Made by a program: the position numbers and the translations under genes
Shown here: in pieces, positions 23,169-35,447 of the stretch
Layout: each line of letters begins with the position of its first letter
Position numbering within the stretch: position 1 is the first letter of the stretch
Assembly (NCBI RefSeq): GCF_009834535.1
Contig: NC_045696.1
Location: 57,848,001-57,912,000 of the forward strand
Reading direction: 5' to 3'
DNA length: 64,000 nucleotides
Origin: Camelus ferus
Taxonomy: Eukaryota
The notes under the pieces: generated by a model
Seen by the model: only the letters and a program-made list of their open reading frames with translations
Databases searched by the model: none
Told to the model about the DNA's origin: nothing

Positions 23169-25248
23169 ATATCTTTTAGATTGTTATGTTTAAAAGTTTT
23201 TTTAACAGCAAGAAAAAAAAGTGAGGAAATTACGTTTCTCACCAGCTTTAGAGGTCCACTGCTATAACCATATTTGCTTCTCTTCCCTCTCTTGCCTCCC
23301 CTTATTGCTTCAAATTCTGACGCTACAAAGATACCCAAGTAGGAGTTTGGAACTTCAAAGGTATAGTCTATTTGTCCACTAACAAATAGATTTTTAAAAA
23401 CTGTTTGAATTCTCCTGTGAACTTTTAACCACAAGGCAATATTCTTGTTGCATTAAAGGCAAGTCTTGGGCATCCCTTTTTTTGTCACCCAGAGCATCAT
23501 GAAGTGCCAGGACCCTGGTCAAATTTATCATTGGTGCCTTTCCAGCTTTCTTTTTCTGTTCCATTCTACTACATAGTGCCCCCTTTCTTCCATGTCCTAG
23601 GGCCCTAGGGCTCTGTTATGGTCTTCTGACTGAATCCTATGCCAGTCCTAGTCTCTCTTGTACCATGACCCTCCCATATTCAGAATTATCCACTTTCACC
23701 CTCATCAGAACGGTTTCTGGCTGTCTCTGCTTTGAATTCGAATTAATTATCGACTGATTAAAAATGTTCATGCTAACACTGAAGGTGAAAATTTCTAAGT
23801 TCTGAAGCATTCCTTTGTTTTAAAAAGAAATGTATTTCTTTGTTCACGGAGAAGATTTGGAAACGTAACAAACTCAGTAACAAATGAGCCTTCCTCAAGC
23901 GTCTCTATGATGCCTTTAAAGGAACCAGAGCACCTTGGAGGAATGTCTGATTCCAAATCTGGGGCAGGAAGCATTTAAAATGAGTTCAGAACATCTTGTC
24001 AGAAAGTAAGGTGGCTGTGATCACTGAGCGCATGTTGAAAGGACCCAAGAGACAGCTTAGAAAGGTCCCCAGTGACTAAAGATGGGGACATCTGGGCATC
24101 AAAAAGAAAAATAACTGGAATGGACTGGGGCACATCACGTGTTAAATGCAAGAGCTACTTATGTTACTTTTAAACAGAAAGTCACCTGTGAGGGTGACTT
24201 TGCAAGGAAACCAATTCATTAGTTTGAAAACTGCCAAATAAAGGAATCAAGCATTCTACATTTCCTATATCACTTTTATCTTAGGATAACCAAATGGTTA
24301 CTGTATAACAGAATAGTACCATCTTTCAACCCTTAGTGAAACAGTAGATCTAGGTAACATCACCGATGTCTGCTAAAAACATTAGATGAAAGTTTGCTGG
24401 AGAACCTTCTAAGGGATAAGTCAGACCAATAGCATCTACTGCTCAACCTTAACATCGCAAAAAGACAATTGACATAATGCCTTTTGATGTAATACAGTGG
24501 GATGTACGTAGTACCACCTATGACATATTCTTGCTCAAAATTCTAACTTGAATGTGATGAAATCTCAAAGATCTGTTTATAGGAAATAGGGGAGTTAGAA
24601 GAATATGTTAAACAACACCATGGGGATACAATCAGCAAGAGCTAACACAAGGGAAATTCTGTAGAACTAATGATCTAGTTTCTTCAACAAATAAAGGGCA
24701 AGAAACAAAAGAGGGGGAGACCTATACAGGATACAACAACCATATTTAGTGCATGCACTTATTTAGAATAAGTCCACTGTAAAAAAAATTACAAGCCCGT
24801 TGTGGAAATTGAGTTATTGTTTGATCATGTGCTGATACCGAGAAAATATTTTTTAGTTATGTCAGTGGTATTCTGGATATGATTTTGAAAAGTTATTGTC
24901 TTGAGATGCATACTAAAATATTTATAGATGAACTGACAGGATGTTTGGGATTTGCTTTAAAATAATTGTGTTTGGGATTCAGATGAAACAATATTGGCCA
25001 TGTATTGTTAATTGCTGAAACTGGGTGGTGAATACATAGATTTTTGTAATATTACTCTTTATAGGTGCTTAGAATTTAGACTTTAAAAAATGACTGCATA
25101 CATATACTATATATAATAATACAGTTTTATACATTTATGTGTATATAAATATATATGTATATAGTTTTTAAATTACACGTAATTCACGACTATATCTACA
25201 GTTGATTTCTAGTTGGAGAATTATGGCTCCGATGGAACAAGACTTTCT

Positions 25249-25266
25249 AGAGCCCCTTGCTGGCCA
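25249..25266 (-). promoter_or_regulatory. CTCF-like motif, reverse
   Basis: Reverse strand TGGCCAGCAAGGGGCTCT has 2 mismatches to TGGCCAGCAGGGGGCGCT. Confidence 0.4.
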
Positions 25267-25584
25267 CTGCAGACCCCCACCCAGAGTTTACCAGAAGAGT
25301 GTTGGCAACTTGGCAACTTGTCATCTTGTTTTATCACTTCTGGGAGATTGCTAATCTTCACCTCAACAACCGGGTGCCATAATGCATAATATTCCCATCA
25401 GACTCATTGTTATGACAAGACACATGTGAGAAGTTCTTTTATAAAACTTACAGCTGATCCTATCTTACGTGTAGGATACTCATTTTTTAAATGAGTTAAT
25501 TTTTATAAGTGAAATATGTATCTTGCAGGCATTTCATTTTGAGACATCAGATTTTTTTCATCATTTTTTTCCTCTCTTTTCTAG

Positions 25585-25707
25585 GAAATTATTTTAGGTT
25601 ATGTGAAAGAGATGCTTCCTCATTTCTAAGGCCTACCAGAAACTCTGATTCAAAGAGAATAAATGGATTTTGCACCAAACCACAAGAAAGTCCAAAAGCT
25701 CCAACCC
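25585..25707 (+). CDS. FAM162A: FAM162A exon 2
   Basis: Polypyrimidine tract and ctag acceptor; (G)NYFRLCERDASSFLRPTRNSDSKRINGFCTKPQESPKAPT; donor C|GTAAGT; 123 nt, phase 1 to 1. Confidence 0.95.
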
Positions 25708-28013
25708 GTAAGTTTTTATTAGTTTTTCTAGTTATGGACTGGGGAACTCCCAAAGAGTAGAACAGCTTGGAATCAAAAGAACCTAAAAGAGATGTGGTCA
25801 CAGGGGTTCCTACATCGTACCCTACTATGTAGTTCACACCTCCCTTATATTAGCTGTGCTCACAGGTAGCACTGATTTCTTTATTTTCCCCATTTGTCAT
25901 TTTCATCTCTTGCCTCGAAGATTGAACTGGAGCTTTTTGTAAGACAGTAGATGCACTGAAGTAAATAGTGCTCTAGAAATCATCTTTTAAGAAGCCCCAA
26001 AGATGAACCAAATCAAAAAATGGTGTTTTGGGTAAAGTATAACTATAACTAGGAGTAAGCTCTGGTTTGTATGTTAACTTCAGCCATGTTTAGTCCTCTC
26101 CCTAACTCAAGAAGGAGCATAATATGTAAACTGTAGGGTCCCAGGAGCTATTTGTTTGTTGCTTCTTCATGGGAGTAAACTAGGGCCAGGCAAGTCTTGG
26201 TGAGTAGAAAACAACTGTCCTCAAAGAATTTTTATCAAGAGCTTAAATATGTTTATACCCTTTGACCTGGTATCTCACTTCTGGGGATCTATTCCAAGGA
26301 ATAATCCCTATATGTGGAAAAAGCTTTGAATGTAAAGATGTTCCATATATATGTATGAAAATGAGAAACTAGTCCAAGTATCGATTCAGGAATTAATTAT
26401 GTATGTTAGATCTACTTGAGATGTGCAGCTGTTGGAAATGGTGCTTATAAATACCACATACTAGCATGGAAAGTGTCATAATGTTAATGATCAAAGCAGG
26501 ATACAAAATTTTATATTGTGTGTAAGCAGAAGCATGGTACATATAGAAATTACATATACATACATACTTAGGGGGAGAAGACTGAGGAAACACACTAAAG
26601 TAAAAATATAGTGGTAACACTATGACAAGAGAATTAGGGGTGGTTTTTTATCTTTTTCTTTTTCCACAGTTGTACTTTCTGAATTGTCTTTAATGAGTAC
26701 ACAAAAAGAGAAAAAATATGAAGTTGTGCTAAGTGCTGGAGGGTTAAAAGATAAAATTACAGCAGTATTATTTCTATACTTCTAAACCTCTTTTCTTGTT
26801 TTTGGTTCTTTATGGATTCTTTCCCTAGTGACTTTCCTGTTCCTTTTGCTGTTGCCTTCTGATTAAGTGAAGGGTACAGCATAAAGGTGACTTGTAGATA
26901 ATAGTCAGGAATATGGTCTGTCTGCAAGAGATGCAGGCAGTACCTGGAAGTTGGATGAGATCATCTCCAAGGCCCTTTCTAACCCTGACATTCTGTGATT
27001 CCCTAACCTTTTCTGCTCCTTACCTTCAGTTACTTCCCCTTTCTTCCAAAGGCTCTCTTACAATCTAAGACTCTGCCTTTCTTGTTCACTTGCCTCTTCT
27101 GCTGGTCCATTTTCCTCTGCTGCCTCTTTCTCCTGTATCCTTTCTGGGTCATGCCCTAAGGCTCTCCCTTTGCATTGATGATTATCTCCCCTCCTGCCTT
27201 ATTAATGAAACCTACTCAGATGGCATAAATTTAGACCCAGTAAACTAATATGGAATTCATGCTTTTTCCTCTCCTGACTGATTCATTTTAGAGTCTCCCT
27301 GTTTCACTTAACAGTACTGCTATTGTCTTAGTCATCCAATTTTGAGGTACTTCATGAATCCTTCTTTGTCTTCATTTAATCAGTCTCTAAATTCTTTGTC
27401 ATCCACAGATACTGACTCTTTTGTCTCTCTTTCTACTGTTACAGCTCCAGTTCAGACTATATCACCTCACCCTTGTATTACAATCTCCTATTTAGACTTA
27501 TTGCCCACTCTGTCCTATCCTTTTTCTTGCCACCCATTGTGCAGATTAATCTTTCTAAAACATTAACTTCTTTCTTGCATCAAAGTCTACAGTAGTTCTC
27601 AAATCAGTTCTAAAAACCTTACCCTGCTATTCAAGCTCTCTTATAACCTGATTTTACCTTACAAACTTTACAAAATTCTACTGAAGTCAAATGAGCTCAT
27701 CACTGTTCCCTTCTTAGTTTATCATTTTTATGTTTACATCTTTGTTCATGGTGTTCTTTGGACTTTCAATGACTAGAGCTTGTATTGGAAAACAATGCTT
27801 TTATTTTACCTCATTCCTCACGGAATTTCTGAATTTCATTTAAGAAATGAGCAAACAGAAATTCCATTCAAATAAAGCTATAATTAGCTTGAGATTTCTC
27901 AATGATTCTGTTTAGTGAATAGCTAAAAAGCACAAATAGCATTTTAGCATTTTACTAAATTTGAGAGTCATGGCCTCATATAAGTAAGCTGTCTCATCTT
28001 GTTTTCCTCATAG

Positions 28014-28122
28014 ACACTTACAGCCACAGAGTGCCATTACATAAACCTACGGATTGGGAGAAGAAGATACTTATATGGTCAGGTCGCTTCAAAAAGGAAG
28101 ATGAAATCCCAGAGACTATCTC
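28014..28122 (+). CDS. FAM162A: FAM162A exon 3
   Basis: Acceptor ttttcctcatag; (H)TYSHRVPLHKPTDWEKKILIWSGRFKKEDEIPETI; donor TC|GTGAGT; phase 1 to 2. Confidence 0.95.
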
Positions 28123-28409
28123 GTGAGTGCTGAATTTAGGGTTGTAAGCAACTTTTATTTTTCAGTGATCTCTTTTAAAGAAAAGCATTTCCTCTGAGTC
28201 TGTTTAAAACCTTTCAACCAAATTTTAAAAGTTTGCATTTCTCTGAATGTTTCCTTTTTGGCAAGTACCTGGAATAAAACAGTGCTGGGAAATCTGTCTT
28301 ATCATTAATATCTTATGTAGTGCCTAGTGAAGAGCTGTCAGGTACTCTGAAGTCAGCTGATTTCATTTCCTCTCCTAGCTACAAAAGTGACTAAACAGTG
28401 AAGTTCATT

Positions 28410-28947
28410 GTTTTTAGTTTTTTTTTTTTTACATTTTTTATACATTTATTTTTGTAATTCCTCTTTTTAATTATTATTTTTTATTGAAATATAGTTGATT
28501 TACAGTGTTGTGTTAGTTTCAGATGTATGGCAAAGTGATTCAGTTATTCATATCTGTATCTGTTATTTTTCAGATTCTTTTCCGTTTTAGGTTATTACAA
28601 GATATTGAATATAGTTCCCTGTGCTATAGTGTAGTCCTTGTTGTTTATTTATTTTATATATGGTAGTGTCTATTTGTTAATCCCAAACTCCTAATTTATC
28701 CCTACTCCCATTTCCACTTTGATAACCATAAGTTTGTTTTCTGTGTCTGTGAGTCTATTTCTGTTTTGTAAATAAGTTCATTAGTGCCATTTTTTTTAGA
28801 TCTCACATATGAGTAATATCATATGATATTTGCTTTTCTCTGATTTATTTCACTTACTATGATAATCTCTAGGTCCATCCATGTTGCTACAAATGGCATT
28901 CTTTCTTTTTTATGGCCAAGTAATATTCCAGTGTGTGTGTGTGCGCG

Positions 28948-29004
<57 letters not shown>

Positions 29005-32000
29005 TTTTTTTAACATTTTTTATTGATTCATAATCATTTTACAATGCTGTGTCAATACTTTTTTTTTTTTTTTTAACATCTTCTTTATCCAGTCATCTGT
29101 TGATGGCCACTTAGGTTGCTTCCATGTCTTGTCTATTGTAAATAGTGTTGCTGTGAACATTGGGGTGCATGTATTTTTTTGAATTGGAGTTTTTGTTTTT
29201 TTCTGGATATATGCCCGGGAGTGGGATAGCTGGATCATATGATAATGCAATTTTCAGTTTTTTAAGGGACATCCATACTGTTCTCCATAGTCGTTGCACC
29301 AAGTTTCATTCCCAAGGGCATAGGAGTGTTCCCTTTTCTCCACACTTTTTCTGGCAATTATTATTTGTAGAGTGTTTGATAATGGTCATTCTGACCAATG
29401 TGATGTGATGTATCTCAATGTAGTTTTGACTTGCATTTCTCTAATAATTACTGATGTTGAGTATCTTTTCATGTGCCTGTGCCATTTGTATGTCTTCTTT
29501 GGAGAATTGTCTATTTAGGTCTTCTGCACATTTTTTTAATTGGGTTGTTCATTTTTTGATATTGAGCTGTATGAGCTATTTGTATATTTAAGTCTTTAAA
29601 CAGTTTTGAGCATATTTGTGTATGTGCAAGGGCATGTTCTAACTTCACTGACTTACACGCGGCTGTCTAGCTTCCCCAACACCAATTGCTGAAGAGACTG
29701 TTTTCTCCATTGTATATTCTTGCCTCCTTCGTGGAAGATTATTTGGCCATAGATATGTGGGTTTATTTCTGGGCTCTCTATCCTGTTTCACTGATCCATG
29801 TGTCTATTTTTGTGTCAGTATCACACTGTTTTGATTATTGTAGCTTTATAGTATTGTCTGAAGTCTGGAAGTATTATGCCTCAAGCTTTGTTCTTTTTCC
29901 TCAGGATTGCTTTGGGAATTCTGGGTCTTTTGTGGTTTCATATAAATTTTAGGATTATTCGTTCTAGTTCTGTGAAAAATGTCATGGGTAATTTGATAGA
30001 AATCGCATTAAATCTGTAGATTGCATTAGGTAGTATGGTCATTTAACAATATTAATTCTTCTAATCCAAGAGCATGGGATATCATTCCATTTCTTTGAAT
30101 CATCTTCAGTTTCCTTTATCAATGTTTTATAGTTCTTAGCATATAAATCTTTCACCTCCTTGGTGAGAGATTTATTTCTAGATATTTTATGTATTTATTT
30201 GTTTTTTGTGTGATTTTAAATGGGATCTTTGTTTTTACTTTCTCTTTCTGATAGTTCATTGTTAGTGTAAAAAAATGCAACAGATTTCTGTATATTAATC
30301 TTGTATCCTACTACCTTGCTGAATTTGTTTATCAGTTGTAGTAGTTTTTGTGTGGCGTCTTTAGGGTTTTCTATATATAGTATCATGTCATCTGCATATA
30401 ATGACAGTTTTATCTCTTCCCTTCCAATTTGAATCCCTGTTATTTCTTTTCTTGCCTGATTGCTATGGCTAGGATGTCCAATACTATGTTGAATATAAAT
30501 GGTGAGAGTGGGCATCCTTGTCTTGTTCCAGATTTTAGCAGGAAGGCTTTCAGCTTTTCACCATTGAGTATTCTGTTGGCTGTGGGTTGTCATAAATAGC
30601 TTTTATTATGTTGATATATGTTCCCTCTATACCCACTTTGGTGAGAATTTTTATCATGAGTGGATGCTGAATTTTAACAAATGCTTTTCTGCATCTATTA
30701 GCATGATCATGTGATTTTTGTCCTTTCTTTTGTTGAAACGGTGTATCACACTGATTTATTTGTGTATGCTGAACCATCCTTCTGACCCTGGGATGAATCT
30801 AACTTTATTATTATGTGTGATCTTTATTATGTGTTATTGGATTTGGCTTGCTAATATTTTGCTGAGGGTTTTTGCATCTATAGTCATGAAAGATACTGCT
30901 CTGTAATTTTCTTTTTTGGTAGTGTCTTTGTCTGGCTTTGGTGTTGAGTGATAGTGGCTTCACCGAATGATTTTGGGAGTTTTCCCTCCTCTTCAGTCTT
31001 TTTGAATAGTTTGAAAAGGATTGGTATAAGTTCTTCTGTGTATATTTGGTAGAATTCCCCACTGAAGCCATCCAGTCCTGGACTTTTGTTTGCAGGGATT
31101 TTTTAAAAAAACACATTCTATTTCACTTCTAGTGATCAGTGTGTTCAAATTATTTATTTCTTTTTGATTCAGTTTTGGTGGGCTGTATGTTTCTAGAAAC
31201 TTGTCCATTTCTTCTTGGTTGTCCAATTTGTTAGCATATAATTGTTCATAGTATTCTCTTACGGCTTTTTGTATTTCTGTGGTATTGGTTGTTATTTCTT
31301 CTCTTTGATTTCTTATTTTGTTTATTTGGGTTCTCTCTCTTCTTGGTGATCCTGGCCAGAGGTTTGTCGATTTTGTTTATCCTTTCAAAAAAACAGCCCT
31401 TGGTTTGATTGATTTTTTTCTATTGGTTTTTTAATCTCTTTTTTATTTCCTCTCTGATCTTTTTTATTTCCATCTTTCTGCTGACTTTAGGTTTTGTCTG
31501 TTCTTCTTTTTCTTATTCTTTTAGTTGGTTGGTTAGGTTGTTTATTCGAGATTTTTCTCTTTTGTTGAGGAAGGCCCTATCTCTATGAACTTCCCTCCCA
31601 GGACTGCTTTTGCTATATCCTATAGACTTTGTATGGTTTTGTCTTCATTGTCATTTGTCTCAAGGTACTTTTTAATTTCCTTGATTTCATCATTGGTTTT
31701 TTAGTAGCATTTTATTTAGTCTCCATGGAGTCATTTTTTTTTCTCATTTCTCCATCTGTGGTTGATTTCTAGTTTCATGCCGTTGTAGTCAGAAAAGATG
31801 CTTGAAATAATTTCTACCCTCTTAAATTTGTTGAGGCTTGTTTTGTGTCCTAGTATGTGGTCTACCCTAGTTAATGTTTCATGTTCACTTGAAAAGAATG
31901 TGTATTCTTTCTGGGTGTGTGTGTGTAGTGTCCTGAAAATATTAATTAAGTCTAACTGTTCTGTTGTGTCATTTAGGATCTCTGTTGCCTTACTGGTTTT

Positions 32001-35000
32001 CTGCCTGGAAGATCTGTCCATTGATGTCAGTGGGGTGCTGACATCTCCTACCATTAAGTTTCTCCCTTTATGTTTGTTAGTATTTGTTTTATGTAGTTAG
32101 GGGCACCTGTATTGGGTGTATATATGTTAAATATGTTAATGAGTATAATATCCTCTTCCTTTATCATTATATAGTGTCTTTACTTTTTTTTATGGCCTTT
32201 GTTTTAAAGTCTATTTTGTCTTATATGAGTATTGCTTCCCCTGCTTTTTTGTCATTTCTGTTTACATGCAATTACTTTTTTCTTCTTCTCACTTTCATTC
32301 TATGGAGTCTTTTGCCCTGAAGTGGATCTTTTGTAGGCAGCATATCGTAGGCTTTTATCATCCAGTCTACCACTCTGTATGTTTTGATAGGAGCCTTTAG
32401 TCCATTGACATTTAAGGTAATTAATTGCCTTAAATTATTACCATTTTAAACCTTGTTTTTCAGTTGATTTTGTATTTCTTCTTTATTCCTTTCTTTGTCT
32501 TTTTGTTTTTCCTTTTGCGCTTTGAAGGGTTTCTTTTTTATTATGCTTGAGTTCTCTTTTTGGGTTTTGTGAATCTGTTGTATGTTTTTGATTTGTGGTT
32601 ATCCTGGTTTTCAAGTATGTTAACCCATTACTATATCTACCTGCTTTAGACTATTAATCATATAAGCTTAAACACATTCTAAAAAATCTACATTTTCTTA
32701 TTCCCCTCCTCCGTATTTTATGATTTAGATATTCTATTTTACATCTTTATGTTTATCCTTTTGCTGTTCATTGTAATTATAATTGCTTTCACAAAAAAAT
32801 TTTTTAATCTATATACTGGCTTATTTAGGTGATCTACAGTCCTGTTATATATTTTCTTTTCCTATAGTGATTTTTCCCTTTCCTATAAATTCTTGCTTCT
32901 TTTCTATTTAGAAAAGACCTTTCAGTATTTCTTTTAGGATAGGTTTAGTGTTGCTTTATGCTTTTAGTTTTTGCTTATCTGAGGAATTCTGTCATTCTTC
33001 TTCTATTCTAAATGGTAATCTTGCTGGATAGAATATCCTAGGTTGCAGGTTTTTGCTTTCAGGACTTTGATATATCTTGCCACTCCCTTCTGGCCTGCAA
33101 TGTTTCTGTAGAGAAATCAGCTGATAACCTTATGGGGGCTCCCTTGTAACTAACTCTTTGTTTTTCTCTTGCTGCCTTTAGACTCCTCCCTTTAACTTTT
33201 GTTGTTAATTATGTTATGTCTTGGTGTAGGTCTGTTTGGGTTTATCTTGTCTAGGGCCCTCTGTGCTTCTGGTACCTGGATATCTGTTTCCTTCTTTAGG
33301 TTTGGGAAGTTTTCTGCCACCATTTCTTCCATACATTTTCAATCCCCTTTTCTCTTTCTTCTCCTTCCGAGATCCCTGTTATGTATATATTGGCATGCTT
33401 TGTATTATCCCATAGGTCTCATATGTTCCTTTCATTTTTTTTCTTTAACCATTTGTCTTTTTGTCTGCTGTTCTGACTGAGTGATTTCTATTATTGTATC
33501 CTCTCGATCACTTATTCATTCTTCTGCAGTATTCAGTTTGCTATTTATTGCCTTAAGCTTGGTTTTCACCTTGGCAATTGTCTAATTTTGATTGGCTCCT
33601 CTTTATAGTTCCTTGTTACAATGATTTGCATTTCTATTGATAGCCTTTCTTAATTCCTTAAGCATTGTTTTACCTCCTTTTTGACCTTGGCATCTGGTAG
33701 ACTGGTGGTGTCTGTTTCATTGTTCTTTCAGGGGATTTCTCTTATTCTTTTAACTTTATTTTCATTTTACTTATATTTCTCTGAACCTATGAATTTAAGG
33801 GAAACAGTTATCTACTGTGGTCTTGAAGGGCTATTTTTATGTAGGAGCATCTCTGTGTAGCCTGCATGAGTCCCATATTTTTGGTACAAGGGCTGTTTTT
33901 GGTATGGATGCCTGCCATGACTTTCCTCAGGGTGTGCTGGTCATTATCTCCTTGATGGGGATGTGATTGGTGTTGTGGTGACCAGAGCCTGCACTGGATG
34001 TTGGCTCTTTGGTTGTCACAGCCCTGCCAGGGGAAGAATCTGCTCCCCAGTTGTTGGTGTAGAAGCCTTCAAATCCAGTTGTAAGCTATAGTGTGAGGTG
34101 GGTGGGATTAGAGCACTTATGCTGGGAAAGGAGCCACTGTGTATTCCTTGCCAGGAGCTGTCTCTGTGCTCTGTGATGTCACCCACTGTATGCACCCACA
34201 AAGTACACTTTTGGCACTGTCCTCAGCCCCGCCTCCACTGTCATAATGCCCGCAATTGGCTCTGATTTCAGCCCCACTTCCACGTGTGTGAACACACAAA
34301 GCCTATTGCTGCTGGAGCTGGACCCACATCAGCTATGGAGAACCAGTAATTAGCACAGATATTCCCATACCCACTGGAAATCTGCTCAGATTTCAGCCCT
34401 CCTTCCATGTGTGGGCAACCAGCTGGTGTTTGCATGCTCCCAGAGCTCATAGCGACTGAGTTGTACCCGCTCTGAACACGCTGAGTGTGAGGCTGCTGTG
34501 ACTGGGCCACACCCCTACCTTGGCATGTGTTAACAATGAGGCTTCTATGGCGGACCCAGGCTCCATCCTGTGCACATCCCCAGTTGTGGCCCAGATCACA
34601 CTCCAGGCCCTTTGGGCTGTCTCCAGGCAGCCAAACAAAATCCTCCTCTGGGTCTGTTCACTGAAGCCCAACTTTCAGCACCCAGCTGCTGCGCACCCTA
34701 GTAGGCCCACATCTTGACCTGGGAAGTGCAGCAGATTGGCCAGTACTGTGTTCTGCTGGTCTCTGTCTGTCCTGCCTCCTGCAAGCCGGCTGCCGCACTG
34801 CACTGCACAAGCCACAGACTGCCTCTGAGGCTCTCTTTTCTGTCCTAATGGACCTCCCAGTTGGTGGGGGGGGGGTTCCCAGGGTGAGGGAACTTTTCCC
34901 CTTTCATAGGTCCCTCCCAGGGGTGCAGGTCTTGTCCTGATTCCTTTTTTTTTTCTTTTGTCCTACCTGGTTACGTGGCGATCGATCTTGCAGCTTTGGT

Positions 35001-35131
35001 TGTATGAGATCTTCTGCCAGCGTTCATTGGCTAGTCTGTGAGAATTGTTCCACACATAGATGTATTTTTGATGTATTTGTCAGGGAAGGTGCTCCACATC
35101 CTTCTATTCTTCCATCTTGATCTCCACCCCC
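28410..35131 (-). mobile_element. Near-full-length decayed LINE-1 (~6.7 kb), antisense in FAM162A intron 3
   Basis: On the reverse strand: 5' end GGGGTGGAGATCAAGATGG at 35131; GC-richer 5'UTR (~33900-35131); ORF1 motif RLSADFSTETLQARREW (~33070-33135); ORF2 endonuclease motifs LITLNVNGLKAP (~32390-32425), VGDVSTPL and SDYN; RT motif LYADDMILY (~30380-30410); C-terminal cysteine region; 3'UTR and poly-A. Many stops and frameshifts, and an internal deletion near 29590. Confidence 0.92.
28931..29003. repeat. (GT)n/(AT)n microsatellite inside the L1
   Basis: gtgtgtgtgtgtgcgcgtgtgtac followed by roughly 23 AT units. Confidence 0.9.
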
Positions 35132-35338
35132 TTATTGTGTTTTATATAGAAGTATAAAGTGAATGGTGAAAATGCTCCATCCTCCCCAAAGTCTACAAGA
35201 TCTCTAGGCCCCACCTCCTTTTTTATATTGATAGGCACTACTCTACTCCTGATTTATGAGACACAGAGATTTATATCCTTCTGGAAACTTTAGAAGGAGG
35301 AAAGTTAACTTGCTCTCATGATCTCATTGTATTACCAG

Positions 35339-35447
35339 GTTTGAGATGCTCGATGCTGCAAAGAACAAGATCCGGGTGAAGATCAGCTATGTGATGATTG
35401 CTTTGACAGTGGCAGGATGCATCTTGATGATTATTGAGGGCAAGAAG
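35339..35447 (+). CDS. FAM162A: FAM162A exon 4 (transmembrane segment)
   Basis: Acceptor ttaccag; (S)FEMLDAAKNKIRVKISYVMIALTVAGCILMIIEGKK; donor AAG|GTGAGA; phase 2 to 0. Confidence 0.95.

Noticed and set aside
22988..23434. 148-aa ORF
   Set aside because: Chance fusion of flanking DNA with the L1 ORF2 C-terminal remnant.
30216..32054. RT and endonuclease-like ORF fragments as an active retrotransposon
   Set aside because: They are broken by many stops and frameshifts, and the element has an internal deletion, so it is non-autonomous.
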